Assembly (NCBI GenBank): GCA_964016885.1
Contig: OZ024741.1
Location: 404,364,001 to 404,428,000, forward strand
Source: Eledone cirrhosa
Taxonomy: Eukaryota
Length of the DNA stretch: 64,000 nt
Direction of reading: 5' to 3'
This document shows positions 13,298 through 27,400 of the stretch, piece by piece. The position numbers and the translations under genes were made by a program. The first letter of the stretch is position 1. Each line of letters starts with the position of its first letter. The notes below the pieces were generated by a model that was not told where the DNA came from, searched no databases, and was given only the letters and a program-made list of their open reading frames with translations.

Positions 13298-14127
13298 GAA
13301 TAAATTCGGAATAATATCAGTTTCTTACAAAATGCGAAGAAGCTGGATGTATTAACACCCTAGGTAGGGGCACAGAGCATAATTTAAAAACATTATATAT
13401 AATCCCGCCGAGGTTAACTTTGCCTTTCATCCTTTCGGGGTCGATAAAATAAAGTACCAGTAATACACTGGGTATTTGCTGGCCTTGTGCCAAATGTAGA
13501 AACAATTATATATACACAGTGGCGTTGGAACTGGAGTGAGGGGTGTCCCTTTCTCCCCAGACTACCAAAACACACATCTATTTGAAAATGCATTACAATT
13601 TATGTATATCTAATGTTTGCACATATCGAAGTTTTCTGACAATTTTAGGATTTTATCTGACACTCCACCAATTCTGCCAATCCAATAATAATTGTTTCTA
13701 CTTTTTTGGCACAAGACTCTTTTCTGCAAAGCATGGCGTCGGACCCTCTACCGATACTGCCAAATCAGCGCCCTATACCGCCAAACCAAATAATAATAAT
13801 AGTAGTAATAATAAAACAAAATAACTATGCATTAGGCTGGGTAAAAGTGTATAAAAATTTATAGATTTTCAGTATATAAACATGCAAACATTTCCCTGTA
13901 AATAGCAAAACACCTATTTGCGTCTTGATCAGAGGGTCTGTATATCATCCTATATATACTTGTATACATATCAATATCAATATCAATATATAATAAATCT
14001 AATCTGAGTTTTTCGAATATTAATAATAATATTCAATTCGTTTGCAATTATGCAAACAAGCTTCATGTTTAAAACCATGTCAGTAGAATGAGCTCCTCAT
14101 TCTTGCTCTTGTGTTGGCATGTAAACA

Positions 14128-14178
14128 GAACTGGTGACACTAATGTTTCTGTGTTATTAGCCTTCATCAGTACAGTTC
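14128..14178 (-). ncRNA. hammerhead ribozyme motif with extended stem I and degenerate stem II
   Basis: Minus strand GAACTGTA-CTGATGA-AGGCTAATAACACA-GAAAC-ATTAGT-GTC-ACCAGTTC; the flanks keep pairing (TTGGCA...TGCCAA). Confidence 0.55.
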
Positions 14179-14207
14179 ACTGTTCACCTGCCAACTGTCA
14201 GAGCTAG

Positions 14208-14329
<122 letters not shown>

Positions 14330-14788
14330 ATGTTTATTTCCTTTTTTCCTTTTTTTCTTCTTCCCTTTTTCTTTCTTCCTCTCTCTCTTCCGTAACACTT
14401 TTTTTCCCTTATGGCCCTTTGATAGATAAAAGGCTATGGGCGCGCTACGGACTAATGTTGTGTTTATATGCGCCGAAAGATCCAAGATCCGTAGTAAACA
14501 GTTGACGAAGGGAAAATTTTCATCTCTTGTTTGTGTCCCGATTACCTTCTAACACTTCGTTTTCAGTAACAACATAGCCTCGGCGGGATTTGAACTCAGA
14601 ATGGCAAGGACCGTAACTCTATGCGTCAAAGCATGGCGTCCGACCCTCTACTGATACTGCCAATGAAAGCTATACCCAATTTCACAAGAGAAGACATCTC
14701 TCACCTACCCCAAAGTGGGTGGGACAGTTCACCGTCTGGCGGGGAGAGCTGACAGTCTTAATTTTCATAATTACTTGATACATACCGA

Positions 14789-15077
14789 CAAGGGCCGTGT
14801 TTCAGGGGGGTACCAGGGTACAAGTCCCCCCCCCACACACACACACTTTTTCAAACGTCTATATTTTATTTTTTGTTTATTTGATATAATAAATTCTTTT
14901 TAAGTTTATTCTTTTATATCTGAACTTCATTTGAATATATAAAATTTAATTAGCGTAAAATATTACTTTTGTGATAGGGTCCAGGAAAGGTACCATAAGT
15001 AATACTAACATGCTCCTTTAAGAATCAACAAATGTTGGTTTGTCCCCCTCACATTTTTAAGGCGAAAAAGGCCCCTG
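14789..15077. mobile_element. hAT-type MITE
   Basis: 8-bp target duplication CATACCGA (14781-14788 and 15078-15085); termini CAAGGGCC / GGCCCCTG. Confidence 0.8.
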
Positions 15078-15147
15078 CATACCGACATATATATAACGAA
15101 GTGGTCTGTATACTTTATAAACAATATCTCCTCTGTTTCCAAAGAGT

Positions 15148-15244
15148 TCTCTCCTGATGATAAAACAAGTTTTAAGATTGTTTATTCCAATCATTTGAAA
15201 TGGCTGGTATTGTTTCTTTTGTTTATGAAACCACGGTAGAGAGA
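15148..15244 (+). ncRNA. hammerhead ribozyme motif with long stem II
   Basis: TCTCTC-CTGATGA-TAAAACAA...TTGTTTAT-GAAAC-CACG-GTA-GAGAGA. Confidence 0.6.
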
Positions 15245-16749
15245 CGTTTATATGACTGAGACTAACTTACTTTAGTCTGTCTGACTTATTCTCCCCTAAA
15301 TAGAGATTTTTTGGCATAAGCAAAATATTTATATATACATACACACAAACATCCCCCACCACACACAAACACACACACACTTGAACGCATACACACACAC
15401 ATATATGTGTGGGTGGTGGGTGTATGTGTGTGTGAGTCTGTGCATGGTGTGAGTGGTGTGTGTGTATGTGTATGTATATTATATACCTGCATGCAATAAC
15501 ACACACGCATACACGTAGAGTCTCGTCTATTTTGTGGTAACTATACATCGCCAAAGGAACTTCACATTCAATAACGCTGCTTATTCTACCATTAACAATG
15601 GATAACAAATTGGTTGTATTAGTTTATCTGACTGGTAATAATCTAATCTACTGCAATGAGTGTGGAGCTATCATCGCTGTATCATTTCATGCTGGTTTCT
15701 TTCTGGAATTTTAGTTTTCCTTAAATGAAGATATTATCATGCTGTGTGTCTGCCATAACACGCACAGCAAAGATCAACAGTGTACATACGTTTTGACAGC
15801 AGATTTGATAAATAAATTCTTTTATATAAATCGATGTGAAGAAAATATTAGAAAGAGGTAAATAGATGGTGAAATGCGACTGAGAGGATTAGCCGACAAG
15901 AAGAAATCTGGGAAATTAAGTTGAAATTCCTGAAGAAAAAAATCAACAAAATATATATGTCGTCTTACAACCGTCAACATTGTTTCTAAAGTAGGTTCCT
16001 CATAAGCGTTGGTGGTTTGTGTAAAGGAGTTTACTCAGTGCAAGCGATTTGAGATATTACTGTCATATACAGAGAATGTTCTATCTATTTGTGGATTGGG
16101 TTATCGTCAAGTAGAAATCTTTATCATGCAAATACTATTGCATGATTTAACGCAACTCCTATAGATTTCTACTTTGTAAAATGCTATTTCACTCTGAATC
16201 AATGTATTTTCTATTGAAAGCGCGTGTTTCGCTAAGATATAATCTAAAATGCTTCTATAGCAGCTTTTTCAGTGCTCTAGTAAACGGCTTTTGAATAACT
16301 GAATAACTCGTTCAAAGCTGCTCATGATGTTCAGAGAAAGGATTTCAGATTAAACGAAGTACATATTTAATTCCGCTGTAAGTAAAATGCTTAGCTATAT
16401 TAATTTTGATTTCTTTTCTGCTTACACTTTTCATTTTACAAGCTCATCTGATTGAAATTGTGTCAATAACTTTAATAAAACATCATTGTTTAACCAGATC
16501 GAACCTGAATATTATCTAACGTTAGTTTGGATTATTTTGAAGAAGGTAAAGAAAAATATTCTTGTAAATGGTGAAGTGATTTATGCTACTTAAACATACA
16601 TAGTTAATATATATGTTTGCTAATGTGTAACAAAATTAACCATGTAAAACAGTATGTTTCATCAATTGCATCCTGGTTAAGCTAGTATAACTAGTTGAAA
16701 CACGCATATACCATTGTACTTTTATTTTCAAACTTGTATATCATCGTAT

Positions 16750-18150
16750 GCATCATGGTCCCGTAACACCTGATGAAGTCGTAGGCAGGATTGACATACG
16801 CAGTTTCAAGGGCAGTTTAAAACATATGGAGCCCATCTCCTCTCCAGGTGGGAATAAAGCAGATTTATTCTAGAGAAGGATAAAGAGTAAAAGAATGAAA
16901 GTGCGAATGAGATATAGAGGAACAGTCGACCTCAGTACTTGACTGGCACTTTTTCTATTGACTATGAATGGATAAAACGCAAAGTTGACCTCGGCGTGAT
17001 TTGAAATCAGAGAGTAGAGAGCCGAAACAAATACCACAAGGCATTAGATCTGATGATCTAACGACTTAGCCAATTACCTGCCTAGAACATGGTACACGTA
17101 TGTTTAAAATAATTATCATATCTTTATGTCATCATAGTTTTAATTTCAATACACAACCTCAGATCACGTCATTTACTACATAAAAATAGCTTCAATAATA
17201 TTGAACATAGAATATAAATCTAAAGCCCAGAATTCGTTGCGAAACGTTATAACATGGAATATATCGAGATTATCAAATAGACCGCATAAAATAATAAAAC
17301 TTCATTCCCAATTTTATATTAGAAACACTGACTCTTCACATAAAAGAAATGGTATATTTCCGATAAATTATTGACTTCGTACCTGTTATATTTCTGTCAA
17401 TGGAAAACTATTATTTAGTTCTGCTGTTGTTTCATTTCCTATCTTCAATAACAGGCATGTCTACCTCTCTCTCTCTTTGATTGAAATGGTTTCAATATTG
17501 ACTGTTAATAGTGAATACGAGAGAAAACAAGAAAACAGAGGAAACTAGCTAGTGTCTAAATGATCTTTTCCGTGAATACTTCGTTGACATCTAAAGCACG
17601 TAGTTTGACATTTTACCTATCTGCAAACACACTTCTCCACAGTTTTTCTACACTTAAAAACATACCGAAAATATCTATAGCCTGCAGATATTTACATAAT
17701 GTGGCGTAAATCTTATTTTATCTTCTATTTTCCGAACAAAGCGATGAATCATACTCATTCCCGCTATTTCTATCCGCTATAACAGTTCATAGTTCCGATA
17801 AGTTACAACCTGGTGTCGTTTTAAAGTTTATCAATCAAGTTTGAGACGGCGAATTGTCAGAGTCGTTAGAACGTCGGACAAAATGCTTTGTTCTATTCGT
17901 TTCAGCTCTCTACTCTCTGATTTCAAATCCCACCGAAGTCAACTTTGTCTTTCATTGATTCGAGGTCGATAAAAATGTACCAGCTAAGTACTAAGGCTGA
18001 TTCTTAATTTATATTTCGTTTCCACTTCCTCTCTCTATCCTTCTTTGGAAGAAATCTGCTGCATTCAGACCTCCCCCGGGTTTTAAAAGATGCCCTAGAA
18101 ACGCTGAGTATCAATAAGCCCCTTTGACTTCCTCAGGAGTTATGGGATCA
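16750..18150. mobile_element. two old, inverted copies of a SINE family 1 relative with a longer 3' body (16750-17075 minus; 17847-18150 plus)
   Basis: Shared head and core, plus shared distal segments (GACTTCCTCAGGAGTTATGGGATCATG versus the reverse complement at 16753-16780). Confidence 0.6.
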
Positions 18151-18629
18151 TGCGTGTAATCAAGTCCATGGGATCTCTCCCCTAGTTATTCCACACGTAT
18201 TTTGGCTGCCATAGCACGAGATTTATAAGCGAATTCCTATCATCCTAGTAATATCTATTTTTACTTAACTATCCCTGTTATGGTATTTACTTCATAATTC
18301 CTTGAAAAATCCTTGTATTTCTCTTATTCCTCACCTTAACACAACCATATTCTCCACAGGAGGTAAATGTCACACAGCAACAACATTCTACTGTAGACGA
18401 CAATAGAATTACTAGGAATCAACACTTTCTTCTTCTCTTCGCTGTCCTTCAGCCATACATAACTATTTGACTATTTATAACAGTGCTGATAATAATTACA
18501 GACAAGTCTCTTTTCTTCTTTGAACCTAATTTTTAACATCTCCAGAGACGCTGAACGTACGAACTAGGAAGTCCATCTTGAACATCACCTAACCAATCAT
18601 TACTGTTTATCAATAGGGTGTTATATTAC

Positions 18630-18960
18630 AAAACATAAACTGGTGTCAACGTATTACAAATGAAAGTTTATACGGAAACCTGCCCAAGATAACAACTACA
18701 ATTGTTGAAAGGAGGTTACAATTTGCAGGAGGACATTGTTAGAAGTAATCAGCAAATTATACACAAGCTACAACTGTGGGAACCAAGTCAAGGGAGACAC
18801 AGTAGAGGAAGACCTACTCGAACCTTCATCAATCAACTCTCAGATGATACAAACCTCAGTAGGGAACAGTTGCCAGGTTCAATGGAAAGTCGTGAATTAT
18901 GGAGAGACTTTGTTAGGAATGTTTGACTATAGTAGCAATGATGTTGTTGATGATGATGTT
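18630..18960 (+). mobile_element. RTE-group LINE 3' fragment with (GAT)n tail
   Basis: Frameshifted translation INWCQRITNESLYGNLPKI...RRLQFAG..HC...LWEP...RGRPTRTF...MESRELW, typical of RTE C-termini. Confidence 0.75.
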
Positions 18961-19139
18961 ATAGCCGCGAGTCAACAGAAAGATATCATGAAAGAATAGA
19001 GCCGCCATGAGCTACAGCTGCGTTGTACACACCTTTTGTTCACACAACAGATTTGAGAGACATAACTCAACAACAATATCAACACCAACAGTAATATTGC
19101 AATAAAATCTAATGAACATATCTCATGTGTACGATAGAA

Positions 19140-19355
19140 CACAACATTTAAAACAAATCTACAAGCTCCATGCTTCCTGAGATTCGCCAACACTACACCT
19201 AATATTCCCCCTCCATACACACGCACACATGTATATCATGACTCATACACTATTCACTTCCCTGACATTTGTATATTATTCTATGTACTATACATGCACC
19301 TTTGATGATTTGTAGTGTACCTGAGCACTGTACACAATGATTTCATTATCATTAT
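19140..19355 (+). mobile_element. CR1-like LINE 3' end fragment
   Basis: Matches the minus-strand copies at 41845-42030 and 45520-45660 (CATGCTTCCTGAGATTCGCCAACACTACACC ... CACCTTTGATGA). Confidence 0.65.
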
Positions 19356-19683
19356 CATCTCTGAATATAATCAAGTAGGTGTGAGGTCAATCACTAAACC
19401 TTTACAAAGGTAACCTAAACATTTGCTGTTTATACAGAGTCAGATTGGTGTATTGGAATACATAAATGAGAGACATTGAAGCTGGACTTTCTAGACTATA
19501 ATTCTAGAGACGTTTGGAAGCGGAAATTCTCTTACGTTCCTCAACTAAAATAAGAACCAATACCAACATTAAATCAACAAAGAATGTTCACAGATACAGT
19601 TCTGAGCATGTTGAGAGTATGATGGCTAAATTGTAAAGATGTAATCAATATTAACTGAAAATGGTGGATATTATTAAGCATTC

Positions 19684-22312
19684 GCAGTATCGGTAGAGGG
19701 TCGGACGCCATGCTTTCCAGCATAGTTACGTCCCTTTACGATCTGAGTTCAAATCCCGCCGAGGTTGACTTTGCCTTTCATCCTTACTGGGTCGATAAAA
19801 TAAAGTAATGCACTGTGTAATTGCTGGCCTTGTGCCTAAAGTATAAACAATTATTAAGCAAAGTGTGAAAGTAGACCCTTGCAAACTGAAGTCGTAACGC
19901 TGTTTTAAATCATGGACTACGAGGGTCGACTCAAAAGTTCATACGCTGACCAAGATACTCTCATGGAATGATCAAATGGGGTTTATTTTTCAACATAGTC
20001 CCTCATAAGAAACAATGCAGTTATTAATAAGAAGAGTTGAAATTCATGCATGTACGATTTCACTGCCCTAGCATCACACATTCATAGGCTAACCAAGATA
20101 CTCTCATGGAATGACAAAATGAGGTTTATTTTTCAACATATAATCCCTAGAAAGCAACAAAGCAGTTATAAGAAGAGTTGAAATAAATGCATGCAAAATT
20201 TCACAGCTCTAGCCTCATTCCTTCATAGTTAACCAATAAACTTTTCATCCTCCCCTCGTATATTACATCACAGTTCTTGAATTTTCATGAAAATTACATA
20301 AACTGCAAAATATATAATTTTCATCATACAGAAATTATAAAATTGTAAAACTATAAAAGACTTGCATTTCATCAAAAGAAACAATTTTTCACCGAAACTA
20401 TGTATCCCAGCATGTTACAGATAGTTCTTAATATCACGTGGTAGAGCAACTCCGCTGATATAGATATTCATAATTGTTTCTAGTTTTGCTGGCCAGCAAT
20501 TATCCCAGTACATTACTGGTACTTTATTTTATCAACCCCGTGAGGATGAAAGGCAAAGTTAACCTCGGCGGGATTTCAACTCAGATCATAAAGGGCCGTA
20601 ACTCTATGCTACAAAGCATGGTGTCCGACTCTCTACCAATACTGCCAACTCACCGCCCTTAGAATATAGGTATTCATAATGGTTTATGAAACTTAACTTA
20701 AAATATACTTTTAAAAATATTGCGATTGGCAGCTAACCTTGTATGGCACTCTAAAGAAATTTAGAGTAAATTTAGTGAGGCAGCCAACATATGAATTAGG
20801 AAGACTAATGGTGGGTAGAAACATCTGGAATGAGTATATTCTCGATTGGATGAGAACATACGATGAGACAAAACGAGATTTATATCAAATGATATGAGAT
20901 TGTTTTTGTTTCTCATATAAAAAAGAGGAAACAAAGGAAAGAAGGAATAGGGAAATATAGAAAAAAAAGAGAAAGAAAGAAGAAAAAGAACAGGAAGGGG
21001 GGGGGGGGGTGGCAATGGCTCTGGTGTCGCAGAAGAGGGGACAGGGTGAAAGAGTAAAGTGATTGGGATTTGTGTCTAGAGCAAGAGAGCAGAGGTGCTG
21101 CGCCCCGTCGACAAGACGGCAAAAGCATTCCCGCGGACGATGGCCAGTGACACCCGCTGCAACAGCCACCCAACCTCGCGGGGCTCCCTCCTCAGATGGG
21201 CCCCCGACGTTCCGATCTTGCGATGTCTCAAATTTGGATGAAAAGAGTATGTCCCTTGCCAATACCACACTTTATGTCTGATATTTAACTGCAGAGGGAT
21301 AAAGACTAAAGTCTTTTTCGATGGAATTGAATTATAAATCGTAGACATGAAATATCTACTAGAGACACTGGGCTCCAATATTATTGAAGTGGCAACATAT
21401 CGATCGTTCAGGCAGACAAAAATCAATCAGTATTTTACATAATTTTACAAATCAATTCTGAAACCCTCTAATTACATCATACCAATCGCTATGTTGGGAT
21501 GGTAACATATTAAGACAGAAACACAATGCAAAATAATAATAATAATAAAATTGGAAGAAACTCCTTTCAGAAATTCTTTAGACAAAACGTAATCCAGCGG
21601 AAACATCACTGAAATAAATACAGAAATAAATAAATAAACGGAATGTGAAATAAAAGAACAGAAAGAATAAAATAAGCGATAAAAACAAGAATATGACCAT
21701 AACAATAAAAAGAAACATTTTACGTAATTGAAAATTGTGTTGAAAGAAGATTTATTTTCCATTAATTGTTGTTGTTTTTAAGGCTCACACCTAGTATGAA
21801 TTAGTACTTCGGAAGATTCTGGGTTGTTTTAATGAGAAAAGCTCGGAACTTTTGGGGGTTTATTTTATTTATTTTATGACATCTATATATTTAATAATTG
21901 TTTCTACTTTTGGCACAAGGCCAGCAATTTAATCAGTGTATTACTGGTACTTTATATTATCGACCCCGTAAGGATGAAAGGCAAAGTAAACCTCGGCGAG
22001 ATTTGAACTCAGAACATAAAGGGACGTAACTCTATGCTGTGCAGCAGGGTGTCCGACGCTCTACCAATTCTGCCAGTCCACCGCCCATCTATATATTTAA
22101 TAATTGTTTCTACAGTTGGCACAAGGCCAGCAATAACCCAGTGCATTACTGGTACTTTATTTTATTGACCTCGTAAGGAAGAAAGGCAAAGTTAACCTCG
22201 GCGGGATTTGAACTCAGACCATAAAGAGCCGTAATTCCTTGCTGCAAAGCATGACGTCCGATCCTCTACCGATACTGCCAATCCGCCTGACCTTGTGTAA
22301 GTGTATGGCAGA

Positions 22313-22401
<89 letters not shown>

Positions 22402-23055
22402 GCTGTAGCGATACTGCCAACCTACACGAGATACAGAAATAGTGCTAATTGTTTCTGTCCTGAGAAGTGCATTATCAATTTAAATACGTGTCAAAGATAT
22501 GTACTGTTTGACAATTGATTGTAAAATGTGTGTATCACCAACTTGTAGCTCATTAGTCAGGGTGACACTCGACATTCTATGGAACAGAACAGATTTGAAA
22601 GTAAGTTTCAAATAAAAGTAATCATAATAATAAGGGTTTTTGATATAGGTCCAAGGCCCGCAATTTTTTTTTTTGGGGGGGGGGAGTCGAACAAATCGAC
22701 CTCAATGCATTACTGGTACTTTATTTTATCGACCCCCGTAAGGATGAAAGGCAAAGTTAACCTCGGCAGGATTTGAACTCAGAATTGCAAGGGACGTAAC
22801 TCTATGCGTCCGACCCTCTCCCGATACTGCCAATACATGAAATAATGGTTTCTTATATAGGCACAAGGCCAGCAATTTTGGGGGAGGGGAAAGTCGATTA
22901 AATCGAGGACAGTGCGTGACTGGTACTTTATTTTATCGACCCCGTAAGGATGAAAGGTAAAGTTAACCTCGGCGGGATTTAAACTCAGATCATAAAGGGC
23001 CGTAACTCTCTGCTGCAAGGCATGGCAGCCGACACTCTACTGATACTGCCAATCT
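19684..23055. mobile_element. cluster of SINE family 1 copies (19684-19855 +; 20472-20658 -; 21893-22288 two copies -; 22630-23055 two copies -)
   Basis: Head, core and tail motifs in each copy. Confidence 0.85.
19920..20258. mobile_element. Tc1/mariner-type MITE
   Basis: TA|CGAGGG...AAAAGTT and AACTTTT...CCCTCG|TA termini, with an internal ~140-bp duplication. A related fragment lies at 53359-53545. Confidence 0.7.
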
Positions 23056-24296
23056 ACGAAATAATGAAACACAATAATTCTTATTTCTGTAGTTAGACAT
23101 CAACTGATAAACAGAACAACAATATAGGAGTATAACAACTTCCAGTTCTGTTAGATTTGACTTCTGAAAAAGTGAAGCAACTCTTGTCGTTGGGATTGAA
23201 CGGGAAAATATGTTTTATATACGTAATTGCCAGAGAGACCGAACAATAATATAAGTAAAGTATATTTCCCTCTTTCTGCTGTATTGCTGAAGTATTGCTG
23301 AAGGAAATATCCATAGGATCATAGATACAAACACATAAATACTGACATACACATTTACATACAGTTACATTGTCATACATATATGTGTGCGTGCGTGTGT
23401 GAGTGTGTGTGCATATATTCAATACATGCCTATATATATATATATATATTTATACATATATATATATATGTGTGTGTGTGTGCGTGTGCGTGTGTGTTTG
23501 TGTATGTGTATTTGAATTGTAAACGTTTGGCAAGTGTTTTGATGTGAGCTCGGGTATTGGGATTAAAGAGGAAACAAAGGTTCACGCACACACACACACA
23601 TACATACACGTACATATACTCTCTCACACACACACATTCACACACACGTACACACACACATACATCCACAGACACACGCGTACACAGTCACACTTACACA
23701 CACACACATAAATATATATTTATATTGACATTTAGCCAAGGAAAACAATACTATTCTGATGGTTTACGACTTAACTGACATTTACGATCAATTCTATTGC
23801 TGTGTTTTCTTGTTCGTCTTTTGGCCGAGTGCGGTGTTGTGTTGTTTCAAAGGAGATTGCAGAGAACAGTTTTTAAAACCTGTTGAAGGTGAAGTCCTTG
23901 TTTTTACAGCATCAATTCCACTAGCCTCACGATACATTAATATCACTTCTTCTCAGACATTTAAAACCAACTTATTAAGCATGGATATATGCACACTCAC
24001 ACAACACACTCATACACATTGACATATATATATATATATCTAAAAAAAAAAACGGAAAAAATGAAACGAAATTTCATTTCCCACTCTTAGTACGGCTGTT
24101 ACTTAAATATAGGTATGTACACGTACATAGATATATGTATACAGACGTACAGTAGTATGTATATATATATATATACATACATGCACAAATATATATATGT
24201 ACGTACGGATTCACCGAACATTTATTAAATGAGTGGGAAATACATACTACTGTACGTCTGTATACATATATGTACGTGTACATACTTATATATATA

Positions 24297-24492
24297 GGAA
24301 CAAGTATGACCCCAGAGGCAGAGCTCAAGCCGTTTCGACGCCTATTTCTGGACTGAGTCCAGAAATAGCCGTCGTAACGGCTTGAGCTCTGCCGTCGGGG
24401 TCATACTTGCTCCTATTACCAACTCTACTACCTTAAGTATTGAGTACTTTGGTGCGTTATGGTCCATCTGGTTCCTTACCACAATTCCTTTG
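24297..24492 (+). mobile_element. fold-back element in (TA)n carrying the 3' half of a hammerhead (family D)
   Basis: ~55-bp arms about GGAC-TGA-GTCC; GAAAC-GGC...GCC-GTC stem III pattern; ~75-nt unpaired tail. Other copies at 28758-28949 and 40267-40460. Confidence 0.75.
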
Positions 24493-24568
<76 letters not shown>

Positions 24569-24634
24569 GTTCACTAACACACACTCACACACATATACCT
24601 ATATATATGAATATATACATATCCTCGCATATAT

Positions 24635-24668
<34 letters not shown>

Positions 24669-24767
24669 GTACTCGTGCGCCGATTTTTCGATACTCGATC
24701 TTTCTAATATATATATATATATACTGACATATATATAACACCTGTGTCATATGAAGACTGTCAGCAC

Positions 24768-25478
24768 TATCACCACTACCAACATCATCATCGTCATCAT
24801 CACCAACATTACCAACATCATCAACATCATCAACATCGTCATCTTCTTCCCATCACCACCACCACAACACCACCACCACCAACACCACTACCACCACCAC
24901 CATCACCACCACCACCACCACCACCACCACCAACACCACCACCGTCACCACAATCACCACCACTAACGACACCACTACCACCATCACCACCACCACCACC
25001 ACCACCACCACCGCCAACAACAACAACAACACCAATACCACTACCACCACACCACCCCACCACCACAATCACCACCACCACCACCACCTACCACCACCAC
25101 CACCACCACTACACCACCACCACAATCACCACCACCACCGCTACACCACCACCACTACACAACCACAATCACCACCACCACCACCACCACTACACCACCA
25201 CCACAATCACCACCACCACCACCACCACCAACAACAACAAAACCACCACCACCACCACCACTACACCACCACCACAATCACCACCACCACCACCACCAAC
25301 ATCACCACCACCACCACCACTACACCACCACCACCATCACCGCCACCACCACCACCACCACCACTACACCACCACCACCACCACCACTACATCACCACCA
25401 CCGCCACCACCACCACCACCACCACCACCACCACCACCACTACACCACCACCACCACCACCAACATCACCACCACCAT
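24768..25478. repeat. (CAC)n degenerate microsatellite
   Basis: Direct reading of the sequence. Confidence 0.95.
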
Positions 25479-26329
25479 TAATCCACGGTAGCCGGTGCAG
25501 GACAGCGGGGGATGCACATCAACCGGTTTGCCGGTAGCACACAATACATATACAGATATATATTCACACACACACAAATTCAGAGACATATATTCAGGCA
25601 CATACACACACGCAGACACACAGACATATATTCAGGTATACACACACACACACATACACATATTCAGACACACACCCACTCCTACACGCAGAGACACATA
25701 TTCAGACACGCACACCTTCACACAGAGACACATATTCAAACACACACACATCTATACACAAAGATACTTATTCAGTCAAACACACACACATAGAATCATA
25801 TATTCAAGGGCGGGCACGCACATATAAACACATGCATAAGACATACATTTAGACACACACACACACACATACACACACACACACACACACAGTTATATAT
25901 TAAAGCATGTACAAATACACACAAACACACACACGCACACACACAAAGACATATATTCAGTCACACACACGTATATAAATAATTGTTTCTACTTTTGGCT
26001 CAAGGCCAGCAAATTATCAGTACATTACTGGTACTTTATTTTATCGACTCCGTAAAGATCAAAGACAAAGCTAACCTCGGTGAGATTTGGAATCGAAATA
26101 TATAGGGAGGTAACTGTATGCCGTAAAACATTGTCAGACGCCTTACCGATTACTGCCAAATTAACAGCCCTTGATAATGGGTTCGGAGTTAAGCACACCA
26201 CCAACAAATTTGGAGGAAGGTGAAAGTCGATTAAATCTACCCTTGTGCATTACTGGTATTTTATTTTATCAAACTGCGTAAGGATGAAAGTCAAAGCTAA
26301 GCTCGGCAGGATTTGAACTCGGTTTTAAT

Positions 26330-26960
26330 ATTTCCTTGGTTATTCATGCAGTATGTTTCCAATTGGAGTATAGTCATCTCCAAGATCTGCTGATAGGCAG
26401 CACTGGGGTTCGTTTGGGTTTTAATTTAATGTATAACACAGAACCTTTTTCTCAAACCTTCACGTTGTCACCATTAAGTCTAACAGTCTGATATATACAT
26501 TCTGGGTTATATTCCTCTCTATGATGCCTAACGAACACTCGGTCAGCAGAGCTATACTCGATCAGCAGAGCTACACTCGGTCAGCAGAGCTACACTCGGT
26601 CAGCAGAGCTAAACCAATTAAATTTTAACTCATCCGAAAACAAGATTATCATCAGTCTGACGACTTCCAATTTCTATGTTCTGTGGTCTTATCGATTTTT
26701 TAGCGAATCGTGCGGTTTTTCTTTCGAGTTGTATTTCCCATAAGTCCAAGGTATATTAGTTAATATGTTAGCAACACTTATGGTCTTCCTGTCGAACGTT
26801 TTTCAAAATATCAACACTGGTCATTTTGTATTCCTCGATGTATCGAAAAACGGTGAATATCGGTGCAATCCTTCATTAGTTTCTTGTGATAGCTCTATTT
26901 CAACCCGGAAATATTTGTTTCTCATCAAAACTAAATATTCATTAATTAACAACGTTCAAT
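26330..26960 (-). pseudogene. decayed Tc1-like transposase remnant
   Basis: Minus-strand fragments RKKPHDSLKNR, HRNWK, FSDELKFNWF and VRHHREEYNPECIYQTV match the Tc1 DDE region; interrupted by a 19-bp x4 repeat at 26535-26610. Confidence 0.6.
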
Positions 26961-27032
26961 GAAATATTGATTGCAGGATGAGAGGGGAAAGTAGGCCACA
27001 TATTAATAGGTGGATTAGAGCTAGATGAGAAA

Positions 27033-27400
27033 GGGTTTAGTTAGGTTTAGGTGTAGGGTTAGGGTTAGGGTTAGAGTTAGAGTTAGGTTTAGGGTTAGGC
27101 TTAAAGTTAGCTTTAAGTTTAGGTTTAGGGTTAGGGTTAGAGTTAGAGTTAGGTTTAGGGTTAGGCTTAAAGTTAGCTTTAAGTTTAGGTTTAGGGTTAG
27201 GGTTAGGGTTAGAGTTAGGGTTAGTTTTAGTGTTATGGTTAGTTTTAGTGTTAGCGTTTGGTTTAGAATTAGGGCTAGGTTTAGGTTTGGGATAAGGGTT
27301 AGTTTTGTTTATAGTTAGGGTTAGGGTTAGGGTAAGGTTTAGATTCAGGGTTATGGTTAGGGTTTGGTTAGGTTTAGGGTTAGTGTTAAGGTTAGTGTTA
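27033..27400 (+). repeat. degenerate interstitial (TTAGGG)n-like tract
   Basis: TTAGGG/TTAGAG/TTAGGT hexamer phase over ~370 bp, with an internal ~66-bp duplication. Confidence 0.85.

Noticed and set aside
15900-16500. Possible decayed DNA transposase on the minus strand (RTFSVY...ISNR-like fragment)
   Set aside because: Too short and degenerate to support without a profile search.
16766-16806. CTGATGA as a hammerhead core
   Set aside because: No correctly placed GAAA, stem III or stem I partner.
24744-25481. Pro/Thr/His-rich ORFs and the many [12 protein letters not shown] or poly-Arg ORFs
   Set aside because: Translations of microsatellites; no evidence of coding.
27033-27400. True telomere
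   Set aside because: Internal, short and heavily degenerate.
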